Assembly: GCA_944377365.1 (NCBI GenBank)
Contig: CALWEQ010000003.1
Location: 70,569 to 134,568 of the forward strand
DNA from: an uncultured Clostridia bacterium
GTDB taxonomy: Bacteria; Bacillota; Clostridia; Christensenellales; UBA1242
Direction: 5' to 3'
DNA length: 64,000 bases
The notes under the pieces: generated by a model
What the model saw: only the letters and a program-made list of their open reading frames with translations
The model's database searches: none
Told to the model about the DNA's origin: nothing
Position numbers and translations under genes: made by a program
Part shown: positions 11,284 to 20,617 of the stretch, piece after piece
Layout of the letters: each line of letters begins with the position of its first letter
Position numbering within the stretch: the first letter of the stretch is position 1

Positions 11284-12758
11284 TCAACAACCATCACATC
11301 AAATTCTGGGCATGAAATTGTTTTGTTGCTTTGCGATATAAATGAAATTTTAAAACTTTTGCTTACAAGTCCTACCAATATTCTTTGACTGGTTTCAACA
11401 TCTTTGCTAGTTATGGTGATGTTTTCACCGTCTTCTGTTTCAATAATAATTTTACAATCCGTATGTGGTTTAAACGTAACAGACTTAATCTTTTTTAAAC
11501 TGTCAGCATAGCCAAAATCGGTCCACGGAGAATGCCATATCTTTTTTAATTGAGTTCCAAAAAATGCGCCGTCATTTGTAAGCTCACCTATCACAGCTTT
11601 TTTGTCCCCACGAAATATTGCACATAATTTCTGAAATTGAGGTGTGTTTACAACGCAAAATTGCCTAACATCGATCCCTCTTATAATGCTTTTTTCTTTT
11701 GTTTGTATATCATAAACTATTACTACGTTATTTTCAAAATTTCCACTTTCAACTCCTACTTGCTCTGCATCGTCAAAATCTATTTTGCAAGCGAGAAAAT
11801 ATTTATTTTGAAAAGATGCTACTGCAATAGATGAATTGCGTGTTTGTATAAATTTGTCTTCAAAAGGCAATTCGATTTTGTTTACATTGGCTCCATCAAA
11901 AGTGTAAATGCCATCTTGCGTAGCAAATATTATGAAATCACCATTTTTTGCAATCGATGATGGATAAATGTAAGATGATGAGTAATAAATGTTTTGTATA
12001 TCGAATTTTTTTTCGGCATCTCCATACAATGAAAGCTTAATTATGCCATAATCTCTGAATATGTACAGATCATCATGAAAAGATATAACAAATTTCAATC
12101 CTCCGCGTATATCTGGCAAATCGACGTCAAATTTGTTGTTATCGTTCCAATTCGCAATAGTTTCCGTTGAATAAACAAGTTGATTCCTATCTCCTGTTGT
12201 AACAAGAAAAAAATATGTCCCATGCCAACAACCAGACAAAAATTTTGGAATGTTGTCATATGTTATCACACCAGCAAAGCTTAAACCAATTGTTTGATCA
12301 CTTGGCGAAGAAAACAACATCGTGTCATAGCCATTTATTCTAAATTGCGCAGCATATGGAATTTCATCAAAAATCATAGATGATTGAGGAATCATTAATT
12401 TTGGGTCTGCAAAAATGTTAAAATAATATACCTGTTTATTTTGATTAAGATAAAATATATAATATTTATCAATGGCACTTTGAAGTTCATACATTGGTGC
12501 CATCCATATGCCCAGTAACTCAGTTGCAGTTACATTGACATCATAATCAGTCAAATCTGTTTGTGAATTTGGCAAGGACAATTGTTTAAAGCCATATCCT
12601 GCTTCAAGCTCACCACGCGAAACAATAAAGTTGAAGCATTCTTGTGTGCTTGAAATTTCACGAACGCTATCACCACGATTTTCCCATTTTGAAAAATCAT
12701 TTAACCTTATTTTTAGATTTTTACTTTGTTTTGTTTTAAGGTTTTTTTTGTTAAACAT
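11280..12758 (-). CDS. Phage structural protein, beta-rich (possible tail/adaptor or stabilisation-type protein)
   Basis: 492 aa positioned after the head genes, with repetitive aromatic/Gly beta-strand-like segments (DGIYTFDG, YGIIKLS). Function is inferred from position only. Confidence 0.45.
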   Translation of the reverse strand: MFNKKNLKTKQSKNLKIRLNDFSKWENRGDSVREISSTQECFNFIVSRGELEAGYGFKQLSLPNSQTDLTDYDVNVTATELLGIWMAPMYELQSAIDKYYIFYLNQNKQVYYFNIFADPKLMIPQSSMIFDEIPYAAQFRINGYDTMLFSSPSDQTIGLSFAGVITYDNIPKFLSGCWHGTYFFLVTTGDRNQLVYSTETIANWNDNNKFDVDLPDIRGGLKFVISFHDDLYIFRDYGIIKLSLYGDAEKKFDIQNIYYSSSYIYPSSIAKNGDFIIFATQDGIYTFDGANVNKIELPFEDKFIQTRNSSIAVASFQNKYFLACKIDFDDAEQVGVESGNFENNVVIVYDIQTKEKSIIRGIDVRQFCVVNTPQFQKLCAIFRGDKKAVIGELTNDGAFFGTQLKKIWHSPWTDFGYADSLKKIKSVTFKPHTDCKIIIETEDGENITITSKDVETSQRILVGLVSKSFKISFISQSNKTISCPEFDVMVVE

Positions 12759-12768
12759 AACGCCTCCT

Positions 12769-13320
12769 TTAAATCTGCCAACTTTTAACAGGCATTTTCA
12801 AAGTAGACTTTTTCCTTACGACGTTTTCTAAACTGTCTTTAAATCTTGTTTCAAAAATAGTAGCTTCGTCAGATAGCGATTGCATGAGAAAATATTCACG
12901 TGCCGTTCCATATGCTAACACTCGCTCTGGAATAATAGTTTCAATTTCATCAGAAAAATTTAATTGATCTGGAACGACAGCATACACTAAAATTGCGCTA
13001 TCCCCTTCAAAAGAAATATGGTCAGATGAAAGGCTGTATTTCAAAGGTTGCCCCGTGACAGTCTTTAAAGAAATTACTGCACAAATTGGCTTTGTAAGAT
13101 TTGAAAAATAAAACTCTCCATTGTTTGAAACTATTGCTTCCTTGTGTAAAATAGGCAAAAATTCGCTACAAATTTCTTCATAAGCAAGGTTTAAGCACTT
13201 TAAAAGCTTGTTGAGTTTTTCTTGATTAGCTTCGTCAGCTCCTTCCACTCCAACAAATTCTTTTAATTCAGGAAGATTGACAAAATCACAGCTTAGTTTA
13301 ATCACATTATTAATTGTCAT
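12769..13320 (-). CDS. Hypothetical phage head-completion/adaptor candidate
   Basis: 183 aa, downstream of the capsid gene. Positional inference only. Confidence 0.35.
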   Translation of the reverse strand: MTINNVIKLSCDFVNLPELKEFVGVEGADEANQEKLNKLLKCLNLAYEEICSEFLPILHKEAIVSNNGEFYFSNLTKPICAVISLKTVTGQPLKYSLSSDHISFEGDSAILVYAVVPDQLNFSDEIETIIPERVLAYGTAREYFLMQSLSDEATIFETRFKDSLENVVRKKSTLKMPVKSWQI

Positions 13321-13630
13321 ATATCACCTCTTTTATTTGCTCGAAAGCTTGCTTTTGTAATTTCTTTTCGCGAATTTCGTTTTCTTTGTCAATTTCGCTA
13401 ACCAATTTATCTAAATTTTCAATCCTTGTTTTTCTAGCAAGAAAAATTGCTCTTTCATCAAGACATTGATATGGCATAATTAGCGACAACGTCGAACCTT
13501 TTTGGTTTGCACGATGAAGTTCTATTCTGTTTTCTTTAATGTTAAAAATAAAAAAATAATTTTTGTCGACTTCTTTTATTCTATCAGAAATATAAAAAGG
13601 ATCGTTTTCAAGCAAAATTTGGTTTTTCAT
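13310..13630 (-). CDS. Hypothetical phage-module protein
   Basis: 106-aa ORF that overlaps the next gene by 11 nt. Confidence 0.35.
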   Translation of the reverse strand: MKNQILLENDPFYISDRIKEVDKNYFFIFNIKENRIELHRANQKGSTLSLIMPYQCLDERAIFLARKTRIENLDKLVSEIDKENEIREKKLQKQAFEQIKEVIYDN

Positions 13631-13688
13631 TTTGTTCTCCTAAAAATTTGAATGGGGCAAACTAATTGCCCCATCAAATCAAACTAAT

Positions 13689-14927
13689 TTAAGCACCTGC
13701 ACCTTCTCCTGATGTGCTACCAGTAGTAGTTTGAGTGTTTGTGCATTCAACAGTAATGTGGAATGGATTTGTTACTGTTCCTTTTATTCCACTAATTTTT
13801 GCTTGGCCATTTGGTTTGTCGCAAATTAGCTCGGCATATTTAACAAGTGTAGCTGTATACACTGCAAAATTTGGACTTTGTTTTAAAACATGTCCGCTTT
13901 CTCCTTCCAACCATTTCCAGTCGCAAAGTTCATGTAAAACAAAATCATCTGTGTTAAGCAAATACATAGTGTCACTATCTACAAATCTGTCAGTAACAAG
14001 AGGGATTCCATTGTAGGATATAGCTTTAAATCCACCCTCAAGTGTCATAACATCAACGTTTGAACGATATGCTGCAAGGTAAGATTGGTACGCTCTACGC
14101 ACATTTGCAGAGCAAGAAATAAAATTAATTTTTGAATCAGCGTTTTCATCAAGAAAATCGATAGCTGATTGTATTAACACATCCGATATTTCAGTTTCGG
14201 TTGATGAATAGTAAGGGCTAAGCCATTTGTGATCAGCTCTTTTTAAACCATACAAATATTCTGAATCTGAAAAAATCGCACCAAGACCTGTGATTTCACA
14301 ATTTCTTGAATTTTGAACGTAAACAATACTTCCACTTGGCACAGAACTAATTGTGTTTTCTATCATAAATCTTTTGTTAGGTCTATCTACATAAGAAACT
14401 CTAGCTTTGTTTATGACTGGAAGCGATGGACCATAAATATCAATAGTCATTCCTTCAACAAGATTGTTTACTTTGTCGCAAGTAATAAATCCATCAGAAT
14501 AACCTGTGCATGTGGCAAGCTTTCCTGAGCCGTCACCATACAACATTCTTCCGAGGTTAAAAGTGCTCGCTTTAACAAGTCCTTCCATCTCGTCTTGCAA
14601 AAGGTTTACAAATGCGCCTACATTGCTTGCAGAAGATCTGATAGCTTTGTCAGAAATTTCAATTTTTCCATAAAGATTTTTTAAATCTGCTACAAATTGC
14701 ACATATTTGTTTCCATTTGCACCTGGCAATTGCCCACTTTCTGTGCCTGCTCCAACGCCACCATTTAATCCAACGGGAGCCATTTTTCTTACTTCTTTTC
14801 CCCAAACATCTTTTGATGAACGTTTGATCTTCGTCAAAAGAGGATTTGAGGCAACGTTAAGTTGATTTGCAACAACACCAAGATAAACGGTTTTTAAGGC
14901 GTTGTCAGCATTTTCTAAATTTACCAT
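13689..14927 (-). CDS. Phage major capsid protein (HK97-fold type, inferred)
   Basis: 412 aa directly after the scaffold-like gene, with an N-terminal TVYLGVVANQL...LYGKIEISDKA..LGRMLYGDGSG pattern like Firmicutes phage capsid proteins. Confidence 0.65.
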   Translation of the reverse strand: MVNLENADNALKTVYLGVVANQLNVASNPLLTKIKRSSKDVWGKEVRKMAPVGLNGGVGAGTESGQLPGANGNKYVQFVADLKNLYGKIEISDKAIRSSASNVGAFVNLLQDEMEGLVKASTFNLGRMLYGDGSGKLATCTGYSDGFITCDKVNNLVEGMTIDIYGPSLPVINKARVSYVDRPNKRFMIENTISSVPSGSIVYVQNSRNCEITGLGAIFSDSEYLYGLKRADHKWLSPYYSSTETEISDVLIQSAIDFLDENADSKINFISCSANVRRAYQSYLAAYRSNVDVMTLEGGFKAISYNGIPLVTDRFVDSDTMYLLNTDDFVLHELCDWKWLEGESGHVLKQSPNFAVYTATLVKYAELICDKPNGQAKISGIKGTVTNPFHITVECTNTQTTTGSTSGEGAGA

Positions 14928-14943
14928 AAATTCCTCCTAAAAA

Positions 14944-15558
14944 TTAGCTGAACAATTTTTCCACCAAGCCTTTTGCTTCTGACAGCGAATTCGGTGTGGC
15001 TGGTTTTTGTCCAGCCACCTTTTCCCCCATTTCGCTGTTGATGACAATTGGTGTTTTTTGATTTGACAGCTGTTTCATGTAATTTTCAACCACCATTTTT
15101 TTAAGTTCTTCATCTTGAAAAACATATTTTTTTATAATAGGGTTGTCCTGTTTTGAATAGCCACTTGCAAGTTTAGTGAGTGCTAAACTTTGATAGAGCT
15201 GTTCAAACTCAGGTTTACCATTCTGCTTCAAAGCCATCTCTTTTAGCTCATCAGCATAAGGCATAGCCTCACTATTTTTTGAAAGAAACACATTCAATTC
15301 GTTTTCAATCATTTTAGGATCGTTTTGATTTGTTGACTGCGCTTTCTCTTTCTCAATTTCGCTAAGACGTTGACTTTTTCTAGTGAATTCAGCTTCAAGT
15401 GAGTTGTAGGCAGCTAGCAATGCCTCAGCAGACTTAAATTTTCCAAATTCACCTTGTTTTGGGGAGCCTTCTTCGCTAACAGCACTTACTTCGTTCGCCT
15501 CCACAGGGGCATTTGCCTGCTCCTTAATAGGTTGTTCCCCGATTGACTTATTCTCCAT
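14944..15558 (-). CDS. Phage scaffolding protein (inferred)
   Basis: 204 aa, Ala/Glu/Lys/Gln-rich and predicted helical, lying between the portal and capsid genes. Confidence 0.5.
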   Translation of the reverse strand: MENKSIGEQPIKEQANAPVEANEVSAVSEEGSPKQGEFGKFKSAEALLAAYNSLEAEFTRKSQRLSEIEKEKAQSTNQNDPKMIENELNVFLSKNSEAMPYADELKEMALKQNGKPEFEQLYQSLALTKLASGYSKQDNPIIKKYVFQDEELKKMVVENYMKQLSNQKTPIVINSEMGEKVAGQKPATPNSLSEAKGLVEKLFS

Positions 15559-17416
15559 GTTTTTCCTCCTTTAAAAATTTTTTATGCTCTCGAATGTGAG
15601 TTAAAAACCTGTTTTCAAGTGAGCTGTCTACCAAACTTTTTTCTTCATAATCACCGCTTAACATAAAAGCAATATGCCTGTCTATATGTAATTGATGTTG
15701 ATCTATTTCTAAGGCTCTTGCTTCTTTTCCATTAAATATTGCAAGGTTTTCATTGTCTGCTTTTTTCAAATGCAATTCATTTTGATCTTGAGCGTTTTCC
15801 CATATACCAAGGCCAAGTAATTCTAAAACTTTTACTTTCATACGTGTGCTAAGAGTCCCATCCTCATCTTGCAACAACCCTGCGTTTAAAAGGTCAAACA
15901 CCATTTGTCTGCGACTTGTCAAACTGTCTCCTAGCTCATTTTCTGTTTCTAGTTCTATGTCATCGCTTGAAATATCGCTTGAATTAAAATAAAACATTTC
16001 AACTTCACCATGATCTCCAACAATTTTAGCTAGTCGTGGAATAAGCGCAAATTGCTTGTACAATCTAAGAATAAATTGACTAATTAACTTAACGCAATGT
16101 TTTATTTCGTCAGTGCTGGCTTTAAGGCGTAGTTCATCTTGTTCAAGCATGAGTTCTAATGTAACACCTGAGATGTTTGAAGATATAGCATCAGCATCAT
16201 AAACTTCCGTTACTCCGCTGACAGTTTCAAATTCATCAAGCAAAACGCTTTCTTCTTTTTCAAAACTCGACGAAAGGTTTTCTCCTTCCAAAAATTTTGG
16301 CATGTTTGCCCCTTGCCTGTAAACAAGAATTCTGCCTGGGCACAAACCATCATCTTCAAGATTTTCAACGTCAATCGAGCCGTCTTCGACAGCCAACACC
16401 CCCATTGTAAGCCTGTTTAAAAATTCTAATTTTCTATTTTTCACATTGTTGTATGCACGTTGTAAAGGTATTAATCTATCTATTATCGACAATCCCCAAA
16501 AGCTTCCAATTTGTGATATGCTGTTTTGCCTTATGAAAGGAAAATCTCTAATTCCGTCCTTGCCAACAGCGTATGGCAAATCTCCATCATAAAACAACTT
16601 GTCGCCCACCACAATTGTCAATCTCCCATTTTTTAATTCTTTTGTTGGCTTTTCATATCTTTCAATTACAAGAGCGCTGTTAGTTTTTATTCCTTGGCAT
16701 ATTTTTGGTGCAGAACTTGAATAACCTAATCCCCCAAAACCAACACTTGTGGCATTTAATGAGAAAACGTTTATATCATTTCCTTCAACTTCAAGCCCAT
16801 ATATGCTTTTTATTTGCTGAATGCTCATAGCCCTAGCATGAATGATGCTTTGGCACTTGTCAATATCACTGCAAGTAAAACTGTCTGGATATATTTCAAA
16901 TGGCGAGCAAACGCTTATTTCAACTTCACCGCTTCTAATAGGTTCGTCGTTTTCCATAGCGACAACTTGACCTGCCGATGAATTCCACGACACCTTATAA
17001 AATGCTGTTCCACAAATTTCACTCCATTGCATAGCTTCAGTTATTTTTTGTGACAAATTAAATTTTGCTGAAATAGAGTCTAAGATTTTTTTTGAAACTT
17101 TTGCTGAGTAGACATCTCTTTCGTCATTTGAAGAAGGCAAAACTGTGGCTTTGGGTTTAATTTGGGCAAGTTTTGCAAGCCTAACTTCAACAAGAGGTGC
17201 TATATGATTGAATATCTGCCTTTCCTCCCAATAATACTGCTTGTCTTGATCTTCTAATTTTCCACCATAACCAACATTACAATATTGATTTCCCATATAA
17301 AAATTCATGTTCATCTGCCACTGCGTTTCAAACGGTCGTCTCGCCTCAGAACGAGCATTAAAATCATCTATGACGTTTTTTACCAAAGCTTCTTGGTCTT
17401 TGCTTGTTTTCTTCAT
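15548..17416 (-). CDS. Phage portal protein
   Basis: 622 aa with an N-terminal RRPFETQWQMNMNFYMGNQY motif, as found in portal families. Lies upstream of scaffold and capsid. Confidence 0.75.
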   Translation of the reverse strand: MKKTSKDQEALVKNVIDDFNARSEARRPFETQWQMNMNFYMGNQYCNVGYGGKLEDQDKQYYWEERQIFNHIAPLVEVRLAKLAQIKPKATVLPSSNDERDVYSAKVSKKILDSISAKFNLSQKITEAMQWSEICGTAFYKVSWNSSAGQVVAMENDEPIRSGEVEISVCSPFEIYPDSFTCSDIDKCQSIIHARAMSIQQIKSIYGLEVEGNDINVFSLNATSVGFGGLGYSSSAPKICQGIKTNSALVIERYEKPTKELKNGRLTIVVGDKLFYDGDLPYAVGKDGIRDFPFIRQNSISQIGSFWGLSIIDRLIPLQRAYNNVKNRKLEFLNRLTMGVLAVEDGSIDVENLEDDGLCPGRILVYRQGANMPKFLEGENLSSSFEKEESVLLDEFETVSGVTEVYDADAISSNISGVTLELMLEQDELRLKASTDEIKHCVKLISQFILRLYKQFALIPRLAKIVGDHGEVEMFYFNSSDISSDDIELETENELGDSLTSRRQMVFDLLNAGLLQDEDGTLSTRMKVKVLELLGLGIWENAQDQNELHLKKADNENLAIFNGKEARALEIDQHQLHIDRHIAFMLSGDYEEKSLVDSSLENRFLTHIREHKKFLKEEKHGE

Positions 17417-17634
17417 CTTCCCTCCTTATTTAACCTTTTTTTTAATTTAAATGGCGATTCTACTGCCTTTGGAATTTGCAATTTGCCAATTTCGACATAC
17501 ATTTCCTTCAGGCATTTTTCACAAAAAGCTAGTTCTCGTTTAAGCAATCCCTTTGTTGAAAGTTGATAGTCTGCAATGTTTGAACATCCGACAAAATCAC
17601 ATTTTGTTGGATGTTTGCATTTTTCAATCTGCAT
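17413..17634 (-). CDS. Small Cys-containing (zinc-ribbon-like) phage protein
   Basis: 73 aa with CKHPTKCDFVGC ... CEKC. Coupled to the portal gene by a 4-nt overlap. Confidence 0.4.
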   Translation of the reverse strand: MQIEKCKHPTKCDFVGCSNIADYQLSTKGLLKRELAFCEKCLKEMYVEIGKLQIPKAVESPFKLKKRLNKEGR

Positions 17635-17965
17635 TTTCGTTTTCCTCCTCTAAAAGTTGCAATAGGCGATTTTTTTCAGCTAAAAGCTCTTCGTCTGTCA
17701 TTTTTGAATAAGTTTGTTCAAGTTCTGAGCGATATTTTTCTAACACAAGTTTTATTGCTGACAAATCAGGAGCAAAATGTTTTTTTGTCACCTTTTTTTT
17801 GCAAAGTACTTCTTGCCCATTTTCGTCCACGCAAAACTCACAGATTTGCTCATCCGCATCATATCCAACAGCTTTTTTCATAAGTGCCTGACGCAAGCTT
17901 TCTTCGTTGACCTCCAATTTAACCTCCCCGTTGCTATGTGAAAATTTTATGCTTCTAAATTGCAC
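17624..17965 (-). CDS. Possible small-terminase-like fragment (5'-truncated?)
   Basis: KKKVTKKHFAPDLSAIKLVLEKY resembles the C-terminal part of small terminase subunits. The ORF opens with GTG immediately after an in-frame stop, with no SD, and is only 73 bp from the divergent ABC gene. Confidence 0.3.
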   Translation of the reverse strand: MQFRSIKFSHSNGEVKLEVNEESLRQALMKKAVGYDADEQICEFCVDENGQEVLCKKKVTKKHFAPDLSAIKLVLEKYRSELEQTYSKMTDEELLAEKNRLLQLLEEENENAD

Positions 17966-18038
17966 TATTCAAGAACATGTGCCACAAATTATTCACAATT
18001 TTCAAACGTGAGAGTAGAATGATTATGTAGAGGTAAAA

Positions 18039-18815
18039 ATGAAAAAGCTGTTAGACATCAATAAAGTAAAATTTTTCTATCAAACAAAGAATGAAGAAAT
18101 ATGCGCACTGCGTGATCTTACTTTTTCTGTCGATGAACTTGAGTTTGCCTCGATTGTCGGTCCAAGTGGTTGCGGAAAGACGACAATTTTGTCACTTATT
18201 GCGGGATTGTTGCCAGCAAGTTCAGGGAATATTACACTAGGTGGTGAAAAGGTTGGCAAAAACAATCACGAAAAAATTGGATATATGTTTCAACGCGACC
18301 ATCTCTTTGAGTGGCGAACAATTTGGAAAAACATCACTCTTGGAATTGAATTACAAAAACCTGCCGACAAAGAAGAAAAGTTAGAGTTTGCAAAACAACT
18401 TCTTAAAAAATATGACCTCTACGAATTTCAAAATCGCAAACCACGCGAATTAAGTGGTGGCATGCGTCAACGAGTGGCATTAATACGCACTCTCGTTTTA
18501 CAACCGATGTTGTTACTTCTTGATGAACCTTTTTCGGCGCTCGATTTTCAAACAAGAGTCGCCGTGTGTGATGACGTTCATCATATAATAAAAAGCGAGA
18601 AAAAGACTGCCATACTTGTTACGCATGACATATCAGAGGCACTGTCTATGTCAGATAAACTTGTTATTCTTTCATCACGACCTGCCACTGTAAAGCATAT
18701 TGAAATTTTAAAACTCAATGGAGAAACCCCACTATTAAGACGTGAAGACCCTCGCTTTGGTGCACTTTTCGACTTTGTGTGGAAAAAGCTTACAAATGAA
18801 AACGAAAAAAATTAA
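18039..18815 (+). CDS. ABC transporter ATP-binding protein (NitT/TauT aliphatic sulfonate/nitrate family-like)
   Basis: Walker A GPSGCGKTT, signature LSGGMRQRVAL, Walker B LLLLDEPFSALD and H-loop VTHD. Confidence 0.9.
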   Translation: MKKLLDINKVKFFYQTKNEEICALRDLTFSVDELEFASIVGPSGCGKTTILSLIAGLLPASSGNITLGGEKVGKNNHEKIGYMFQRDHLFEWRTIWKNITLGIELQKPADKEEKLEFAKQLLKKYDLYEFQNRKPRELSGGMRQRVALIRTLVLQPMLLLLDEPFSALDFQTRVAVCDDVHHIIKSEKKTAILVTHDISEALSMSDKLVILSSRPATVKHIEILKLNGETPLLRREDPRFGALFDFVWKKLTNENEKN

Positions 18816-19617
18816 ACTACCGAAATGCGCACCTTATTCAAAGGCGCACGAAAGATATTTACGCAAGAAAAGAAATGATAAAATTTTTGTCCTAAGTTTT
18901 CAATTTTTGATTCTTGTAGCATTTGTTGGATTGTGGGAACTACTCGCACAAACAGGTGTAATAGACCCATTTTTTGTGAGTAGCCCATCTAGAATTTTTA
19001 ATATGCTCTCATCAATGATAAGCGATGGTTCGATTTGGGGGCATATTGGAATTACTTTACTCGAAACTATTCTGGGCTTTGCCATTGCGACTCTTGGTGG
19101 AACCTTACTAGCAATAATTTTGTGGTGGAGCGAAAAACTTCGACGGATTTTAGAACCATACATTGTGGTGCTAAATTCACTGCCAAAGATAGCTCTTGGG
19201 CCAATTATAATCTTATGGGTTGGATCAGGCATGAGCGCTATTATCATAATGTGCGTGCTTATTTGCATTGTTATGACCACAATTTCTATGTTGAACGCAT
19301 TTATGTCTTGCGATAATGACAAAATACTACTAATGAAATCAATGAAAGCAAACAAGCTACAAATATTTTGGAAACTAATTTTACCAAACGCAATGAATGA
19401 TTTCATTTCAGTATTAAAAATAAATGTCGGATTGGCATGGGTAGGAACTGTTATGGGAGAATATATTTCATCAAGCGCAGGACTTGGATATTTGATTGTT
19501 TACGGAAGCCAAATATTTAGAATTGATCTTGTCATGATGAGCACTGTCGTTTTATGTTTGCTTGCTGCCATAATGTATTTAGTAGTCAGCTCAATAGAAA
19601 AATGGCACAATCGCTAA
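18796..19617 (+). CDS. ABC transporter permease (NitT/TauT family-like)
   Basis: Multi-TM protein. Start moved to the ATG at 18796 (MKTKKIKLPK), which overlaps the ATPase 3' end. The track start at 18742 would lie deep inside the ATPase gene. Confidence 0.8.
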   Translation: MKTKKIKLPKCAPYSKAHERYLRKKRNDKIFVLSFQFLILVAFVGLWELLAQTGVIDPFFVSSPSRIFNMLSSMISDGSIWGHIGITLLETILGFAIATLGGTLLAIILWWSEKLRRILEPYIVVLNSLPKIALGPIIILWVGSGMSAIIIMCVLICIVMTTISMLNAFMSCDNDKILLMKSMKANKLQIFWKLILPNAMNDFISVLKINVGLAWVGTVMGEYISSSAGLGYLIVYGSQIFRIDLVMMSTVVLCLLAAIMYLVVSSIEKWHNR

Positions 19618-20576
19618 TGGTTCTGAACAGGAAAAGTGAATATAAGAAGCAAAATTCCAATCCCCACAATGCTTGCTAACGGATAAAGATAACTTACTAT
19701 TGATCCAAATCCCAGCATCGACAATGAAAGAGGCAAAAAGATTGAAATGACGATCGACCATTTTAAACTCACACCAAATCTTTTCAAAGCAAGTCGACTC
19801 GTCCATACCAAAGAAAAAAGTGTTGTTATGCAACCAGAAAAAATTACAAAAGAAATAAACAAATTTGCTACTCCACTAGAAATATAAACTAGTGGCATAT
19901 CTTGCCCGATTGCTTCGGGATTTGATAATAGCACAAAGTTTGTTAGCATTAAAAAACTTGAAAGCAGAAAGCTTGAAACAAAACTGACAACAGCTTTCTG
20001 CTTTTTTGTTAATTGCTCGCCCATGCTTGAAATCACAACTCCAGAGATTGAAAAATTTAAAACCGCATAAAGAATTGCAAAAAGTAAGCCAGCATAGGCG
20101 TTTTGATTGAAATTTGGAAAAGAAAGATGCTTTAAATTTGACAGCAAAACAAAAGCCATGCAAAATATTGTAGTCGGAATCAACGCTCCATTAATATAGC
20201 CAAGACTTTTGATGCCTTTGCTCGCAACTATTACGCAAACTAAAAGAATTGTCGTCATCAACAACATCTTTATTATATTTGACGGTGGCAACACATTTAA
20301 CGTCCCTGCAAACATCGAAGAACTAAAAATTAAACTTACAAACAAGCAAAGTAATGAAAATGTTTTTGACTCGGCAAGTTTGTTTAATGATTTGTTGCCA
20401 CGTGAAAGAAAAAAATAAATCAATCCATAAAACAAAAAAAATGACAACGAAATAAAAAAATAGGAAACTTTTCCAAAACGTGAAAAAAACACAGCTACTT
20501 CTTTGCCACTTGCAAATCCCGAACCAATGACTGTGCCAATGATGATCATTATGCTTGAAAATGTCTTTTTCATCAA
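19614..20576 (-). CDS. YkvI-family membrane protein (transporter-like)
   Basis: IIIGTVIGSGFASGKEVAVFF is a YkvI-type N-terminus. About 10 TM helices. Confidence 0.55.
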   Translation of the reverse strand: MMKKTFSSIMIIIGTVIGSGFASGKEVAVFFSRFGKVSYFFISLSFFLFYGLIYFFLSRGNKSLNKLAESKTFSLLCLFVSLIFSSSMFAGTLNVLPPSNIIKMLLMTTILLVCVIVASKGIKSLGYINGALIPTTIFCMAFVLLSNLKHLSFPNFNQNAYAGLLFAILYAVLNFSISGVVISSMGEQLTKKQKAVVSFVSSFLLSSFLMLTNFVLLSNPEAIGQDMPLVYISSGVANLFISFVIFSGCITTLFSLVWTSRLALKRFGVSLKWSIVISIFLPLSLSMLGFGSIVSYLYPLASIVGIGILLLIFTFPVQNH

Positions 20577-20617
20577 AATAAATATATTTATTTATTTTTT
20601 TAAAAATTACGCATTAT

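Larger units (their letters stand above)
10489..17965 (-). mobile_element. Phage-derived head-morphogenesis plus holin module (incomplete prophage, satellite or domesticated cluster)
   Basis: Eleven co-directional, tightly packed or overlapping ORFs in canonical order: small terminase-like fragment, portal, scaffold, major capsid, structural ORFs, holins. No large terminase, tail fibre, endolysin, integrase or repressor is present in the window. Confidence 0.65.

Noticed and set aside
9659-17991. Shared 9-mer cacaaatta at 9659-9667 and 17983-17991 flanking the phage-derived module, as possible att core repeats.
   Set aside because: A 9-bp AT-rich match is expected by chance in this composition. 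No integrase is present and the right edge looks like a deletion rather than an att junction.
18742-18795. Track start of the ABC permease ORF 74 nt inside the ATPase gene.
   Set aside because: The N-terminal extension (MKTLALVHFSTLCGKSLQ) is an out-of-frame read of the ATPase 3' end. The internal ATG at 18796 gives a normal short overlap, so the shorter model was preferred.
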